In this document: positions 41,847 to 55,229 of the stretch, piece by piece | Numbering within the stretch: the stretch's first letter is position 1 | How the letters are laid out: every line of letters starts with the position of its first letter | The notes under the pieces: generated by a model | Told to the model about the DNA's origin: nothing | Databases searched by the model: none | The model's input: the letters and a program-made list of their open reading frames with translations, nothing else | NCBI GenBank assembly: GCA_951406725.2 | Contig: OX597814.1 | Coordinates: forward strand, 103,478,001-103,542,000 | Source: Octopus vulgaris | Lineage: Eukaryota | Reading direction: 5' to 3' | DNA length: 64,000 nt | Made by a program: the position numbers and the translations under genes

Positions 41847-42194
41847 CTGGAAGCCACTGCATAGTCGCAGTCTGTAGAATACAGGAACTACGCAATGTGC
41901 ACAAAAAGCATAGTTGAGGAAATAAGATAATCCAGTTAAGTAATAAACACCTCCGTATATGATGACATCTTGTGGCACTCCAAGAATAAATATTCCTGAC
42001 ACTAAACTGGCTGTCATGGACAAAGACACGGGGAAGATATTCATCTTTCTATCGGCAACAAGCAGTTCGGACGCTGTTAAATCACTTTCTTTTCTTCTTT
42101 TTAGCATTTGATAAATTCCAATCGACAACGATATGATGATGGCCGAAGCGAAAAGCAAGTAGTCTGGCCAAGTGAAAACGTTGCTCCCGGCCAT
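41847..42194 (-). CDS. SLC5 sodium:solute symporter (SMCT/SMVT/NIS-like), coding exon 1
   Basis: ACAATGG start; MAGSNVFTWPDYLLFASAIIISLSIGIYQ...LLVADRKMNIFPVSLSMTASLVSGIFILGVPQDVIIYGGVY...VPVFYRLRLCSGFQ has SLC5A5/6/8/12 N-terminal motifs. Ends at phase-0 donor CAG|GTATGT (348 bp). Confidence 0.93.
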
Positions 42195-42579
42195 TGTCAG
42201 ATGTTGTGAAGAAATGGTTTGTAAATCGATTAAATGGTATGACTACAACAACAACAGCGGCAACTACAACAACAATAACAATTATAACCAAAATGACAAA
42301 TCCATCAATAACAGAAATTTCAGATCACATCTGCTGCGATGAGTGGCACAAGGCTAACATTGTTTTTCTCTCGCAAGAATTTCTTCCAAGTCAATCCAAA
42401 CTGTTTATTTCACAGTAACCCACGTGTTGTTGTAGTTTAGTCAAACATTAGCGACTTCTTGCTTTTAGATTTTTATTTGTATCTGAGAACTTTTCTTCTC
42501 TTGGAATACGTCTTGCTTCATTCAGTCAATAAAACAGGAATTTTCTTTTTCTTTTTCTTTAAAACGGGCCAAAAAGAGG

Positions 42580-42644
<65 letters not shown>

Positions 42645-42974
42645 CGGTTGAACAGTTTTTTTTTGTCTGCTGGTATGTCTTGCAGGTGTAGTGTCTGTCT
42701 ACACACATACGCACATTAGTAACGTTTACAGCGCATAAAAGACCAATAAAGTAGTTTCAACTGTTTATGGGAAACAATCGGTGGCTTCTTCGCACTGTTT
42801 GTTCATTCGTATCACGTTTCACGGCATCAAAGCGTCTCCGTCGTCGTAATCTACGCAAATACTGAATGAAACAATAATTATATAGGGACAGAAGCAGGAA
42901 GAAAAGAGAGAATGAAGCCGTAGCAGTCGACAACGACGACTGGTGCTACTTTTGTGAGCTCATAACCTGTAAAC

Positions 42975-43076
42975 TCCGCCTATATTTATTTGTCCAGTAA
43001 AGAGGTACAGAATGACGTAAGAGAGACCGCCAAATTTAATAGAGCACACACGCCATTTAATTGGCTACAGACGACG

Positions 43077-43080
<4 letters not shown>
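42975..43080 (-). promoter_or_regulatory. Putative promoter of the SLC5 gene
   Basis: On the minus strand: CCAAT (43060-43064), CRE-like TTACGTCA (43013-43020) and TATA-like TAAATATA (42981-42988) in plausible order, ~800 bp upstream of the ATG. Motif inference only. Confidence 0.25.
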
Positions 43081-43162
<82 letters not shown>

Positions 43163-43287
43163 GTCTAAGCACCACTCCACATACATACATACATACATAC
43201 ATACATACATACATACATACATACACACACACACATACATACATACATACATACATACACACATACATACATACACACATACATACA

Positions 43288-43319
<32 letters not shown>

Positions 43320-43829
43320 CTCACAAAAACACACACGCACACGTATACACACAAATATATGTAATATGCATGTGTGTGTATGTGTGTGTGTGTGTGTGTG
43401 TGTGCATCTAGGGTGTTTGGTTGTTCCAACGCCTTAGCCTTGTCGGGTCCCGTTGAACCTTGTTGTGTGCAACCAACTGAGGCCCTTGGTGTTGAATTGA
43501 TGTTTTTTTCTTTCTTTTTCTTTCTTCCACTTATTCCTCTTCGTTTTTCTTTTCTTTTTCCTTTTCTTTCTTCTTCGCTCGTGTTTGTGCTTTGCTCGGT
43601 TTTGCATTTGTATTTCAATGTGCTTTTTCTATTATATTTCTGCCAAATTCTGTTTAACGCTGGTTGTAAATTTTCTTAATAAAGAGTTGCATTCAATCGG
43701 CTGAAACTTACACAAGTGACTCGAGAGGCCAGAGGTTTTTGTGTAAGTGTCATGCACGAAACTCTCGGTCTTCGAGTTACTTTTGCAGTTGCTGTTAATG
43801 TAAAAAAACAAAAATATTTTAATTGTATA

Positions 43830-44187
43830 TAGGCGCAGGAGTGGGTGTGTGAATAGACGCAGGAGTGGCTTCCCAACCACATGGTTCTAAGTTCAGTTCC
43901 ACAGTGTGGCAACCTTAGGCAAGTGTCTTCTACTATAGCCTCGGGCCGACCAAAGCCTTGTGAGTGGATTTGGTAGACGGAAACTGAAAGAAGCCTGTTG
44001 TATATATATATATATATGCATTTGTGTGTTTGTGTTTGTTCCCCCAACATCGCTTGACAACTGATGTTGGTGTGTTTACGTCCCGTAACTAGGCTTACAA
44101 AGAGTAAGTCCCGGAGTCCAGTTGTTAGACTAAAGGTGGTGCTCCATCATGGCCGCATTCAAAATGACTGAAATAAGTAAAAGAATA
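43830..44187 (+). mobile_element. SINE family A with partially duplicated head
   Basis: GGCGCAGGAGTGG / GACGCAGGAGTGG, then body and tail. Confidence 0.85.
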
Positions 44188-44312
44188 TAATCTTATACCG
44201 AGTTTATTTCTGTTTGCGCCATCAAACCTATATGTGTGTGTGTGTATGTGTGTGTATGTGTTTTAGTCTTGGCGTGTGGATGTGTTTGTATATATATACA
44301 CACGCATTTCCA

Positions 44313-44361
<49 letters not shown>

Positions 44362-44666
44362 TTGTATATAATACTTAAACATAGAATGAAGTGTATACTG
44401 TGTGACATATATATATATGTGTGTGTGTGGTTGTGCGCACGCGCGCGCGTGTGTGTGGTTGTGCGCACGCGCGCGTGTGTGAGTGTATGAATATATGAAT
44501 GAAAGTATGTGTGTCTATCAGCCACAAACACACTGATGCCACCAGTGAAAGGCTTCGTTGAATGAACAACGAGAATATTCATCGAGGATACCGACGGAGA
44601 TCCATTTACTATTTCAGTTGTTACTTTTTTACTTCCTTGTTGCATTATGTATAAAAAAGAACAATA

Positions 44667-44731
<65 letters not shown>

Positions 44732-44741
44732 CACCACCACC

Positions 44742-44788
<47 letters not shown>

Positions 44789-44988
44789 GATGCTACTCGT
44801 AAACGCAGTTTAAACATAGACACGCACACACACGCACATTCATGAATATGTATATGCATGTGTTTATATATATATATATGTGTGTGCGTGTGTGTGTGTG
44901 CGAGTGTGTGTGTACATATTAGGCGGAGCTATCAAGTTAGACATGGCCTGGACCAATCTTTGGTCGAAGCATATCTAAATTTTATGTA

Positions 44989-45041
<53 letters not shown>

Positions 45042-45078
45042 GTATGTATATATACATGTATGTATATATGTATATGTA

Positions 45079-45135
<57 letters not shown>

Positions 45136-45326
45136 GGTTAAGTAATTGAGATTCTAGTGAATTCTAAAGAATTCACATGAATATGGTCCTTAACCAGGAT
45201 GCACCGGATATCTATATGGTGTTAGCCATACGACAAGTGGGGTGATTATAAATAGGAAAAAAGCAACAAGAATGGATTAAAATCTCGGTACGATCGTTTC
45301 GTACGAGGACATCTTTAATAAGCATC

Positions 45327-45394
<68 letters not shown>

Positions 45395-45453
45395 ATATGT
45401 ATATATGTATGTATATGTATGTGTATATATATGTGTATATATATGTATATATA

Positions 45454-45519
<66 letters not shown>

Positions 45520-45521
<2 letters not shown>

Positions 45522-45930
45522 CTTTTTATTCTTTTACTTGTTTCAGTCATTTGACTGCAGCCATACTGTAGCACCGCCTTTATTCGACCAAATAGACCCC
45601 AGGACTTATTCATTGTAAGCCTAGTATTTATTCTATCGCTTCCTTTTGCCGAACTGCTAGTTTACAAGGACGTAAAAACACCAATATCGGCTGTCAAGCG
45701 ATATTGAGGGGACAAGCACACGCACGCACACACACATACACACACACACATATACACACACATACACACACACAAACACACATATACGATGGGTTTCTTT
45801 CAGTTTCCATCGACCAAATTCACTCACAAGGCTTTGGTTGGTCCAAGGCTATGGTAGAAGATACTTGCCCAAGGGGCAAAGCAGTGGGACTGAACCCGGA
45901 ACCATGTGGTTGGTAAGCAAACTACCAACC
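45520..45930 (-). mobile_element. SINE family A, diverged
   Basis: Same body and tail motifs as 2220-2635. Confidence 0.8.
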
Positions 45931-45937
45931 ACACACA

Positions 45938-45986
<49 letters not shown>

Positions 45987-45987
45987 G

Positions 45988-46117
45988 TAAACAATTTATA
46001 AGTAAGGGCAAAGGAAAAAAATTCTAATGCCAAAATATGCCGAAAATAGACATGTCTATTTTCGGCATATTTTGGCATTAGAAATTGTTTCTTTTGCCCT
46101 TACTTATAAAATGTTTA
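45988..46117. repeat. 130-bp near-perfect palindrome
   Basis: Centred on CCGAAAATAGACATGTCTATTTTCGG; no loop. Confidence 0.88.
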
Positions 46118-46215
46118 TAAATTTAACCTTTAAACGTATTTTTTAATATGCTGGCCATTGATAGAATTTTTTTCGAAAAATTTTATCCTATATTTGATGT
46201 ATATATATATGCATA

Positions 46216-46254
<39 letters not shown>

Positions 46255-46271
46255 GTATACGTGTGTGTGTA

Positions 46272-46319
<48 letters not shown>

Positions 46320-46464
46320 TGTGTATCTGTGTGTGTGTGTGGCCTTAGAATTAGAATGTCATCGGTACAGTATTATCTAATTAACGATTTGTTAATAGTT
46401 AATCATTAAAACAGAAAAATTGCCAGAAACGCCATTCCTATCCATTTTTGACACACACACACAT

Positions 46465-46845
46465 ATTTTACTTGTTTCAATCATTGGACTGCGGCCATGC
46501 TGCAGCACTACCTTGAAGAATTTTAGTCGAACGAATTGATCCCAGTACTAATCATTTTTAAAGCCTGGTACTTATTCTATCGCTATCTTTAGGGGGCATA
46601 AACACACCAACACCGGTTGTCGAGCAATGGGAGAAAGACAAACACAGACACAAACACACACACACCTACACACACTCGCGCGCGCGCACACACACACATA
46701 CACACACCAAAGAGCTTCTTTCAGGTTCCACCTATTAAGTGCACTCACACAACTGGTTTGCCAGAAGCCTAGAGTAGAAGACACTTAGTCAAGGTACCAA
46801 AGGTGGGACTGAACCCGGAACCATAAAGTTGAGAAGCCACACCTG
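46465..46845 (-). mobile_element. SINE family A, diverged
   Basis: TTTACTTGTTTCAATCATTGGACTGCGGCCATGC...GGGACTGAACCCGGAACC. Confidence 0.75.
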
Positions 46846-46846
46846 C

Positions 46847-46927
<81 letters not shown>

Positions 46928-46970
46928 CCGGTCTGCCCGTCCGTCCATCCGTCCGTCTGTCTGTCTGTCC

Positions 46971-47008
<38 letters not shown>

Positions 47009-47035
47009 ATCTCTCTCTATCTATCTATCCCTCCT

Positions 47036-47076
<41 letters not shown>

Positions 47077-47142
47077 CTCAATCTATAATAAATATTATTT
47101 GGTATGGGTTCATATTATAATTTATACATACATACAAACATA

Positions 47143-47775
47143 AATAACTTCAAGGACAAAGAAATAGAAACTTACAGTTTAGTGGAAGCTATAGCCACGC
47201 ATAATAAAAAGGAGAACTGGTGGAACGTCCCAGTGAAAATCTCAATAAAATGTAAACATAATAGAGCTGATATGATTTGGGACAGAGAAGAGAAACTGTG
47301 CATAGCTGTAGAAATTAGCTGCCCAGTGGATGTTAACATAAAGCTGAAGATCAGCGAAAAATAGAACACCTATGCTGCACTATTGAGAAATCTGCAGTTA
47401 CTCTATCCTGATTACAAGTTCAGATTTATACCAGTAATTATTGGGGCCTAAATACCAATCTTGAGAAATTAGGCTTCTCAAAACCAGAAAGGAGAAAGCT
47501 AATTCGAAGACTACAGATCTAGTCCAACACTGGAACTGTAAAAATCTGTAAAACTTTCCAGAAGTTTATCATTTAAATATATATGAGCATGTCTAGGTAT
47601 GTAACTATATGCATGAGAATACATATATAAACCATACAAATCTGCACATACATACATACAAACAAAAATCCCCTGTTGTTGAGGTTGAAATTCCAATGAA
47701 GGAGCCTTGGATGTAGGTTAGAAACCGGTTCTTTCTCTATTGGCAAGAAATCTTGAACCAAAACTGATTAATGAC
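47143..47775 (+). mobile_element. R4/Dong-like LINE 3' fragment
   Basis: NWWNVPVKISIKCKHNRAD...EISCPVD...; near copy of 50150-50780. Confidence 0.8.
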
Positions 47776-47819
47776 ATACCTACATACATACATTCATATA
47801 TATACATAGGAGTACTTAT

Positions 47820-50800
47820 AGCCTGTCTATATGCGCTGGCTCCCACTGCAAAGCTGTACATGAACGACATTCAGAAATTGAACAAAACCAAAACAATGAA
47901 GAAAGTGCCATCATGGGTTTTGAAGACAGAGAAAAAAGATAACTGGTTTACGAAAGACTATCAGCCATGTAATGATGCTTATTGCATGCAAACAAGCAAA
48001 TCATAATACGCCCCACCAATAGAAAGTAAAGAAGGAGACAGAAATGATGTTTGGAGACAACAAAAAGAGGACACTCACTTGCAAACTGATTACTCTCAAG
48101 CAGGAGCTAAAAGCTGTCAGTGAGAAACTCCGATATCAGAAGAGAACAACCGAGAGAAGAACAATAAACAAAAGATTTAACCGCAACCACGCAGCAGTAT
48201 ACAGAGACATGAGAAGAGGGGCAGTAAACATCACGGAGGCTCCTTCACGGGAAGACATAGACTGCATCTGGGGGAAAATCTGGAGTGAAGAGAAATAATT
48301 TAACCACGACAAAAGTTATTGCTCCTGCGATACATCCAAGACATACAACATTGATGGTGAAACTCTTGCAACTGTGATTCAGAAACTTCAGGATGGAAAA
48401 GCACCTGGAAGAGAATTGATTGTTGGATACTGGTACAAGAAGCTAACATTCAACCGACCTTATCTTATCAATCTGTACCAGCAAACTCTCAGTGGGAACA
48501 GTAACATACCACACTGGTTAGCTCTGGCAGAGGCAAAATTGATCCCCAAATGCCGAACCACCCACATGGCAAAAAACTACAAGCCAATGCATGCCAGAAC
48601 TTAATGTATAAGATATATACAGCATATTTAAACCTCTTCCTCCAGGACTATTGTAAAACCAATAACATTATCACAGCAGAACAAGCAGCTGGGAAGAAGG
48701 GAGTCTGTGGATGTGCCGAGCAATTGTTAATCAACAAAATTGTGATGTCAGAGGTACGAGAGCATAGGAGGAACCTAGTTTCAATGTGGCTAGACTACAA
48801 GAAAGCCTTTCATGGATGCTAGAAGCCTTTCAACTTGCTGAAGTTCCAGTGAGAATAGTCAAAGCTGATTTGACTTTATCGTGGACCACCATCTTGAAAT
48901 TAAACACAATTAGCGACTGTATTGTCATTGGTAGAATACAGTATCGGAGAGGAATGTTCTCTGTAGTGTTTATACTTTCTGTAAACTCCTTGTCATTCAT
49001 GTGAAGGAAGTCTGAAAGATATCTCACTGGTTCACACGGAAACAGAAATACCAAAATTACACACTGTTTCTTTGTGGATGACTTGAAACTATATGCCAAG
49101 ACCTGTTTACAACATCCTTGACCTGGTTGCAACATTCTCAAAGGATGTAGGGCTGGAGTTTGATCAGGACAAATGTTGCTAAATGGCTGTGAAAAGAGGG
49201 AAAACTGTAAACCAGACTGGTAACATCTCCATGAATCACTTAACTGTTAACCCTATACCCGATGAGGAATGATACAGCTATCGAAGGATGGATAAAAACA
49301 TATCTTACAATAGCACCTACCACAAAACAAGTGTCACTAAATATTACAGCCGAATGAAGAAAATCTGGACCTCGGAACTATCTGCATTCAATAAAACAGT
49401 GACCCACAATGTGTTTGCAGTGCCAGTACTCATATCAACATTTGGGCTGCTTGATTGGACACTTGATGAGATCCGAGCCTTTGATGCGAAAACCCGGAAG
49501 ATACTAACAAGCACACATAATTGCCATATCAATAGGCACGTAGATCAGCTTTACCTAAAACGAAAACAAGGCGACAGAGGCTTAACATCGATCCAAAATG
49601 CCTTTGAATGTCGTATCATATCCCTTCGGCAGCATCTTTTAACTATCAAGTGTCGGAGTGCATTCCTTGACCAAGTTTGCGTATACGAGGCTGATAACAT
49701 CATAAGACTTGGAAGGCAGCTCCTTAAGTAACATTCTTTGTCTGATAATAAATTCCCAACGAAGTCGCATGACTCTACCGCAACATATCATCAGATGAAT
49801 GGATGAGCGTATATGAGCAGAAGACTATGCATGGATATGTTAGAAAAAAGCTCCGAGATGATAGTGACATTAATCATCAAAGCAGTCTATAATGGATCAA
49901 TAGCCATATTACAACTCCCACTTTGAAGGGTATGCATTTGCAATCCAGGATCAGAAAATATCAACCAAATACCTGATGTACAAAAGGGACAGAGATGCGT
50001 AAAAATCAGTAAAATGTGACAACCGATGCAGACTTTGTGGAGTTAACATCGAAGGTATCACCCATATCATAAGTAGTTGTCCAAAAATGTCATCACAGTA
50101 TTGTCTACCGATGAGGCATCATGTCGTATCTAGGATACTGTATATTCGAAAGAATAACGCTAAGGACAAAGAAATAAGAACTCACAGTATAGTGGAATGG
50201 TGGAATCTCCCAGTGAAAACCTCAATAAAATGTAAGTACAACAGACCTGATACAATGACTTGGGACAGAGAAGAGAAACTGTGCACAGTTGTGGAAATCA
50301 GCTGCACATCGGATGTTAACATAAAGCTGAAGATCAGTGAGGAAGAAGAACATCTATGCTGAACTATTGAGAAAACTGCAGTTACTCTATCAAGATTACA
50401 AGTTCAGGTTTATACCTGTAATTATTGCGGCCCTGGGATATGTAACACACTGCCTAAATACCAATCTTGAGAAATTAAGCTTCTCAAAACCAGACAGAAA
50501 GCAGATTCGAAGACTAGAGATCCATTCCACCACTGGAACTGTAAAAATATGTAAAACTTTCCAGAAGTTTATCATTTAAATATATATGGGCATGTCTAGA
50601 TATGCAGGTATATGCATGAGAAGACATACATAAAACAAGGCATACAAATCTGCACCTATACATACATACAAAAATACCCTGTTTGTTGATGTTGAAATTC
50701 TAATGAAGGAACTTTGGATCGAAGTTAGAAACCAGCTCTTTCTTAATTGGCAAGAAATCTTGAAATAAAACTGAATAATGAGATACACAGATGCATCCAT

Positions 50801-50912
50801 ACAAAAATACCCTGTTGTTGTTGTCGAAATTGCAGTGAAGGAGCCTTGGATCTAGGTCAGAAACCGGCTCTTTCTCTATTGGCAAGAAATGTTGAGATGA
50901 AACTGAATAATC
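47820..50912 (+). mobile_element. R4/Dong-like (RLE) LINE, long degenerate copy
   Basis: RT motifs QAAGKKG..CAEQLLINK, WLDYKKAF, HCFFVDDLKLY; CCHC knuckle CRLCGVNIEGITHIISSC; RH; NRPD...EISC endonuclease; many stops and frameshifts; 3' terminal module duplicated. Confidence 0.9.
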
Positions 50913-51039
50913 AAGCGTGAGCTCACACACTACCACACACACACATACTCACTCACACACATACACATACAGACACTACATACATACATACAAAATAAAG
51001 CTATTCTATTCTACATGCATAGAAATACAGAAAAAAGCA

Positions 51040-53340
51040 GCTGAAACTGCAGATAAGGGAAGTGCTGTAATTATTAAGGATGTTGAACACTACAAAAATG
51101 CTGTATTATCTGTACTACAAGAGATGACATATTACGAAAAGATAAGCAATTACCAAACATCAAAGACGATGAGAAACTGAACACATTTACCGACACCAAA
51201 AAGGTTTAATAAACAAAGAATTTGATTACCTAACTCATTTTGAATACAAAACTAGTTTCTTCTACGGTCTCTCTAAAATCCTCAAGAACCAAATAATTAA
51301 AAATGCCTGTAGAGAAGCAACTTCAATTTGTATAACCGAACTCTGAGACACACAGACTCAGCATTTTCTTTTAGATATACTACTGAAACCTATTGTAAAA
51401 TACATAACACATCTTGTAAGGAACGACCTGGACTTGTTAAACCACCTCCCTAAAATCTTCAACGAAGATGCCATTATTGTATCATTTAATGTAGTAAACC
51501 TCTATACCACGATCCCACACCAATATAGACTAGAAGCAATAGGTTTCTGGCTAAAAAATTCCCTCATGAAATCTCAGACAGAACTGAAAAAGTTAATAGG
51601 TTTAAAATTAATCCTTGAAAACAACTTTTTTTTTTACTTTAATGACAATATTTACAAGCAAGTATTTTGGGACAGCGAAGGTTACTCCGACCTTTGCCAA
51701 TGTAGTCATGGCATGCATGAAGGTCCAGAAATATGAATAATCCAAATCAAAATATGGCTTAGAACTCCATGAGTATTCACTAGAAAACTGGAAACGTTAC
51801 TTCGATGACTACCTGATTCTGTGGTCGCGACCATTTGATTAGCTTATTGCTTTAAAAAAACCTAATTAACAGCATAAACAAAAGTATCAATTTCACCGTG
51901 GAAAACTCAACAATCATTTCTGAACACTCTAATCGTCAAAACAAGCAAAAACATTGAAACAGATATTCCCTACAAACCAAGAGATTCTAAACAATAACTG
52001 CTGTTCTCCTTATGCCACCCCAAACATACAACGACTAATATTCCATTTCCTCTGGCAAGAAGAATCTGCACAATTGTTTCAAATTTTGAAACTCACAATA
52101 AAAGACTGCAGGAGTTAAAACAAATACTACTTGAAAAACACTATCAGTGTTAATAGACAACGGAATGGAACGTTCGAATGCAAGAACTACGTAAAGCAAA
52201 AATCACTTCAGATGCGCCCATTACTCTATGCTTTACAACAACACACAACCCAGAGGTTTACAACATTATCCACCGGAACATTCCACTATTGGGACAAGAC
52301 CAAGAATAAAACAAATACTTGAAATACACAAAATAATCAAAAACAAAAGACAATCAAAATCCTTCAAAAAGCTAAATTACCGTCCACAAACCACGTCAAC
52401 AGTCAAAAAGTATGACTGCTCTAATTACCGGACTTGCATCAACGTCATTGAGAAGAAAAAAATCAACAGATTTTTAGCAAAAAGAATAATTTTACCTGTT
52501 CGACAAAAACTTTAATATATATTATTGAATGTAAAGGATGTAAAGAGGATTAAATAAGTCAAACAAATCTTACTCTCAGAAATAGAGTGACTACTCATCG
52601 TCAAAAAATACCAGACGCCAGTATTAGACAGATCTTACATAGATATATGTGCAAAAAATAAGTCCACCAAATTCCAAGTCTTCCCACTTTGCCTTTGCTC
52701 AGTCAATTCCACAGATGAAGCAACGAATAAACAACAAAAATATATTCATGCAAAAATACCAAAACTAAATAAACGTTAACAAAGTATATTCACCAACAAC
52801 AATTCACACACAAACTCATTCTGCCACTTGACATGTTGAATTTACACAACAACCTAAACTTGGGATACGATCGTGAGTTTTTTCATTTGATACTGACGCA
52901 CGAATTTAGTAGAAAATAAAATTTTATGCTCACGTACAAATTAATACCATTCAGCCATTGGACTACATAGAAACAAATCCAGCCCACTCTACCACTTGAC
53001 TGATTAAATTTAGAGAGACTTGATTGTCTGAGACTGTCACCAGACACGTTTACTCAACTGTGTGAGCCTTAACGTACGGCACCAAACATATTGTTACATG
53101 ATATTCACGCATGGACGTAGAGGGGGAACTTTTAAAATGTCTAAACCTATGCACATGGCCATCCTCTGCAATCAAATCGTATCCGAAATAAATACGAATT
53201 TGAGCCATATTCTCTTTATAAAAACAAAAGAGTTTTCGAACTCCAGTCAGAAACAAAACAGTTGCGGCATAGTCGCACGTCTTTTTATCTCAAATTTTGA
53301 AAATCATAAAAATCTGTGAAACGGTTCAGTCTTTAAAAAT
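51040..53340 (+). mobile_element. Penelope-like element, degenerate (RT plus GIY-YIG)
   Basis: ADKGSAVII, SFNVVNLYTTIPH, LILENNFF..YKQ, WKRYFDD, ETDIPYKP, IYIIECKGC remnants. The 3' boundary is approximate. Confidence 0.82.
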
Positions 53341-53439
53341 AAAAAAAATCTAAACGACTCCCACCCATAGTGCATTTCAGCTTTTTCACGTTTTTATAAT
53401 GGTATTTTAACATTAAAAAGTATTTTGTAATTTTTGTTT

Positions 53440-54315
53440 CTTGTAGTTTCAGCTCAGAGCTGCGGCCATGCCGAGGCACCGCCGTTTTGCTACACTGTTA
53501 TTATTGAGACCCTCTTCTAATATGTGGAATTTGGTGAATAAGCATTAAACTGCATATTATGTCGCTATCCTCATTTGCACTTCTTGCTGCGACGTAGGTT
53601 CATCTGGGATTCTCGACAGGAAGCAGTCCAGTTTTGATTTGAAAACACCTACATCCACTTTGTGTAGGTCCCTCAGGCTCTTTGGGAGAATATTAAAAAG
53701 CTGTGAGACCCTGAAACCCAGGATGTTGCAGTAACTAGTCCTGAGGCGCGATGGCATTGCTGGGATCTTTGGCACTGTGCAGTGTCGACCCATTCTGGCA
53801 TTGGTATAACTTTAAAAGCCAAAGTTTGGCACAATTCCTTCCAGGATCTTCCAGATGTATATTACTCCAGGGAGTAGAGTCTTAGCTGTTTCAGCCTTTC
53901 CCAGTAGCTGAGCTGTTGCAATGAAACGATCTTCTTTGTGAAGTTTCGCTGGATTACTTCCAGATCCGCTGCTAATTTTACATTGTTGGGTGACCATACC
54001 AGGAAGCAGTAGTCCAGGCGGCTGAAGACGAATGTCCTCTAGAGCACTGTCATGGTTTCCTTTTCTCTTGTTTTGAACGTTCTCAGGATCCAGCCAGCCA
54101 GTCGTCTACACTTTGTCGCCATCCTGGTAATGTGCACTTGGAAAGAGGTATCATCGCTCATGTCGATACCCATGTTCCTCAGTGATTTAGACTCTGGGAT
54201 TGTAATCCCCTATGGACCAGTGTACCCTTTGAGTTTTATATTCAGTTTTGGACGCTGGTAGCGCAGGGCTTTTCTGCATTAAACTGCATATTATTGCGTT
54301 CAGCCCATCTGTAAA
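53440..54315 (-). mobile_element. CR1/L2-group LINE 3' portion with tail
   Basis: Reverse-complement match to ~4690-5205, extending to QLFNILPKSLRDL...FKSKLDCFLSRIPDEP and a 3' tail. Confidence 0.88.
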
Positions 54316-54429
54316 TGCTCATAAAGTTAAATAAGCGATTTCGTACATAGAGTAATCATCAAATTTCAAATGTGTTTAACTGACAGTTGAGTGCTTGATA
54401 ACTTCAGTACCTCTTAGAGCTGCGCAACT

Positions 54430-55080
54430 CATTGCGCTTTGTACTCATAACACGTCTTGCCTCTCTCTAGGTCCCACTGTTCCTAAGGTTTACTCTGTAT
54501 TTTATGGTCACCAGTAAGGTGCTCTCAGTCTCTTTTTTCAGTGCCCCTTTCTTTAACAAGTCACACCTATGTTTTACAGCAACCTCCGCATTGTGCATCT
54601 TCATATCCTTTTTGTACTTCTTGTTTTATTTTTTCCCTTTTCCCTAGTTTCTGTACGCCTTCATCCCTAACTGTCAGTAAGCTCTCAAGTTCGATATTAC
54701 CTGTAATCTTCCACACTTATCAGCCCCCTTCCTACATTTGTTCTCTTCATGAATAAGCGACCAGTGTCTGTACGTGAATGATGGGTTTCATGCATTGCTT
54801 GGAGCTTTCTTGTCTTCATGTCCAACTCGTTTAGCTCATCCTCTGACCACTTCACAATTCCACCGCCATGCTGCTGCTGAACCACATAGACTGTGCCTGA
54901 ATCTATTACTGAAATTTTGTTTCTGGCATTCATCTTTGAATCCAGTATTTTTCTCACTCACCACATATATTCTTTCTTTGTTTCTTTCGTATCGTTGTAT
55001 TTAATTCCGTCTGCCTCAAGTATTCTCAGGTATTTATACATCATTTCACCACTTGGCATACCTTCAGTTCTGACAAGCTG
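54430..55080 (-). mobile_element. R4/Dong-like LINE fragment
   Basis: KMNARNKISVID...WSEDELNELDMKTRK...RLFMKR..GRGLISVED. Confidence 0.7.
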
Positions 55081-55229
55081 CTGACCCTGCACTTATGGTG
55101 GCCCCTGGTAGATATATGTCGCTTGTCAGGCAGTGTTAACACTTGGTTCCTCCACTGGTGTCTGACCAGTCCTTTCGACGACTAGCACTGGTCACCAAGT
55201 TTCTGGAAGGATCTAGAAAAAATTGCCTG

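Noticed and set aside
55080-55200. Possible HDV-like ribozyme at the 5' end of the RTE remnant
   Set aside because: Could not assemble P1.1, P2 and the catalytic J4/2 strand.
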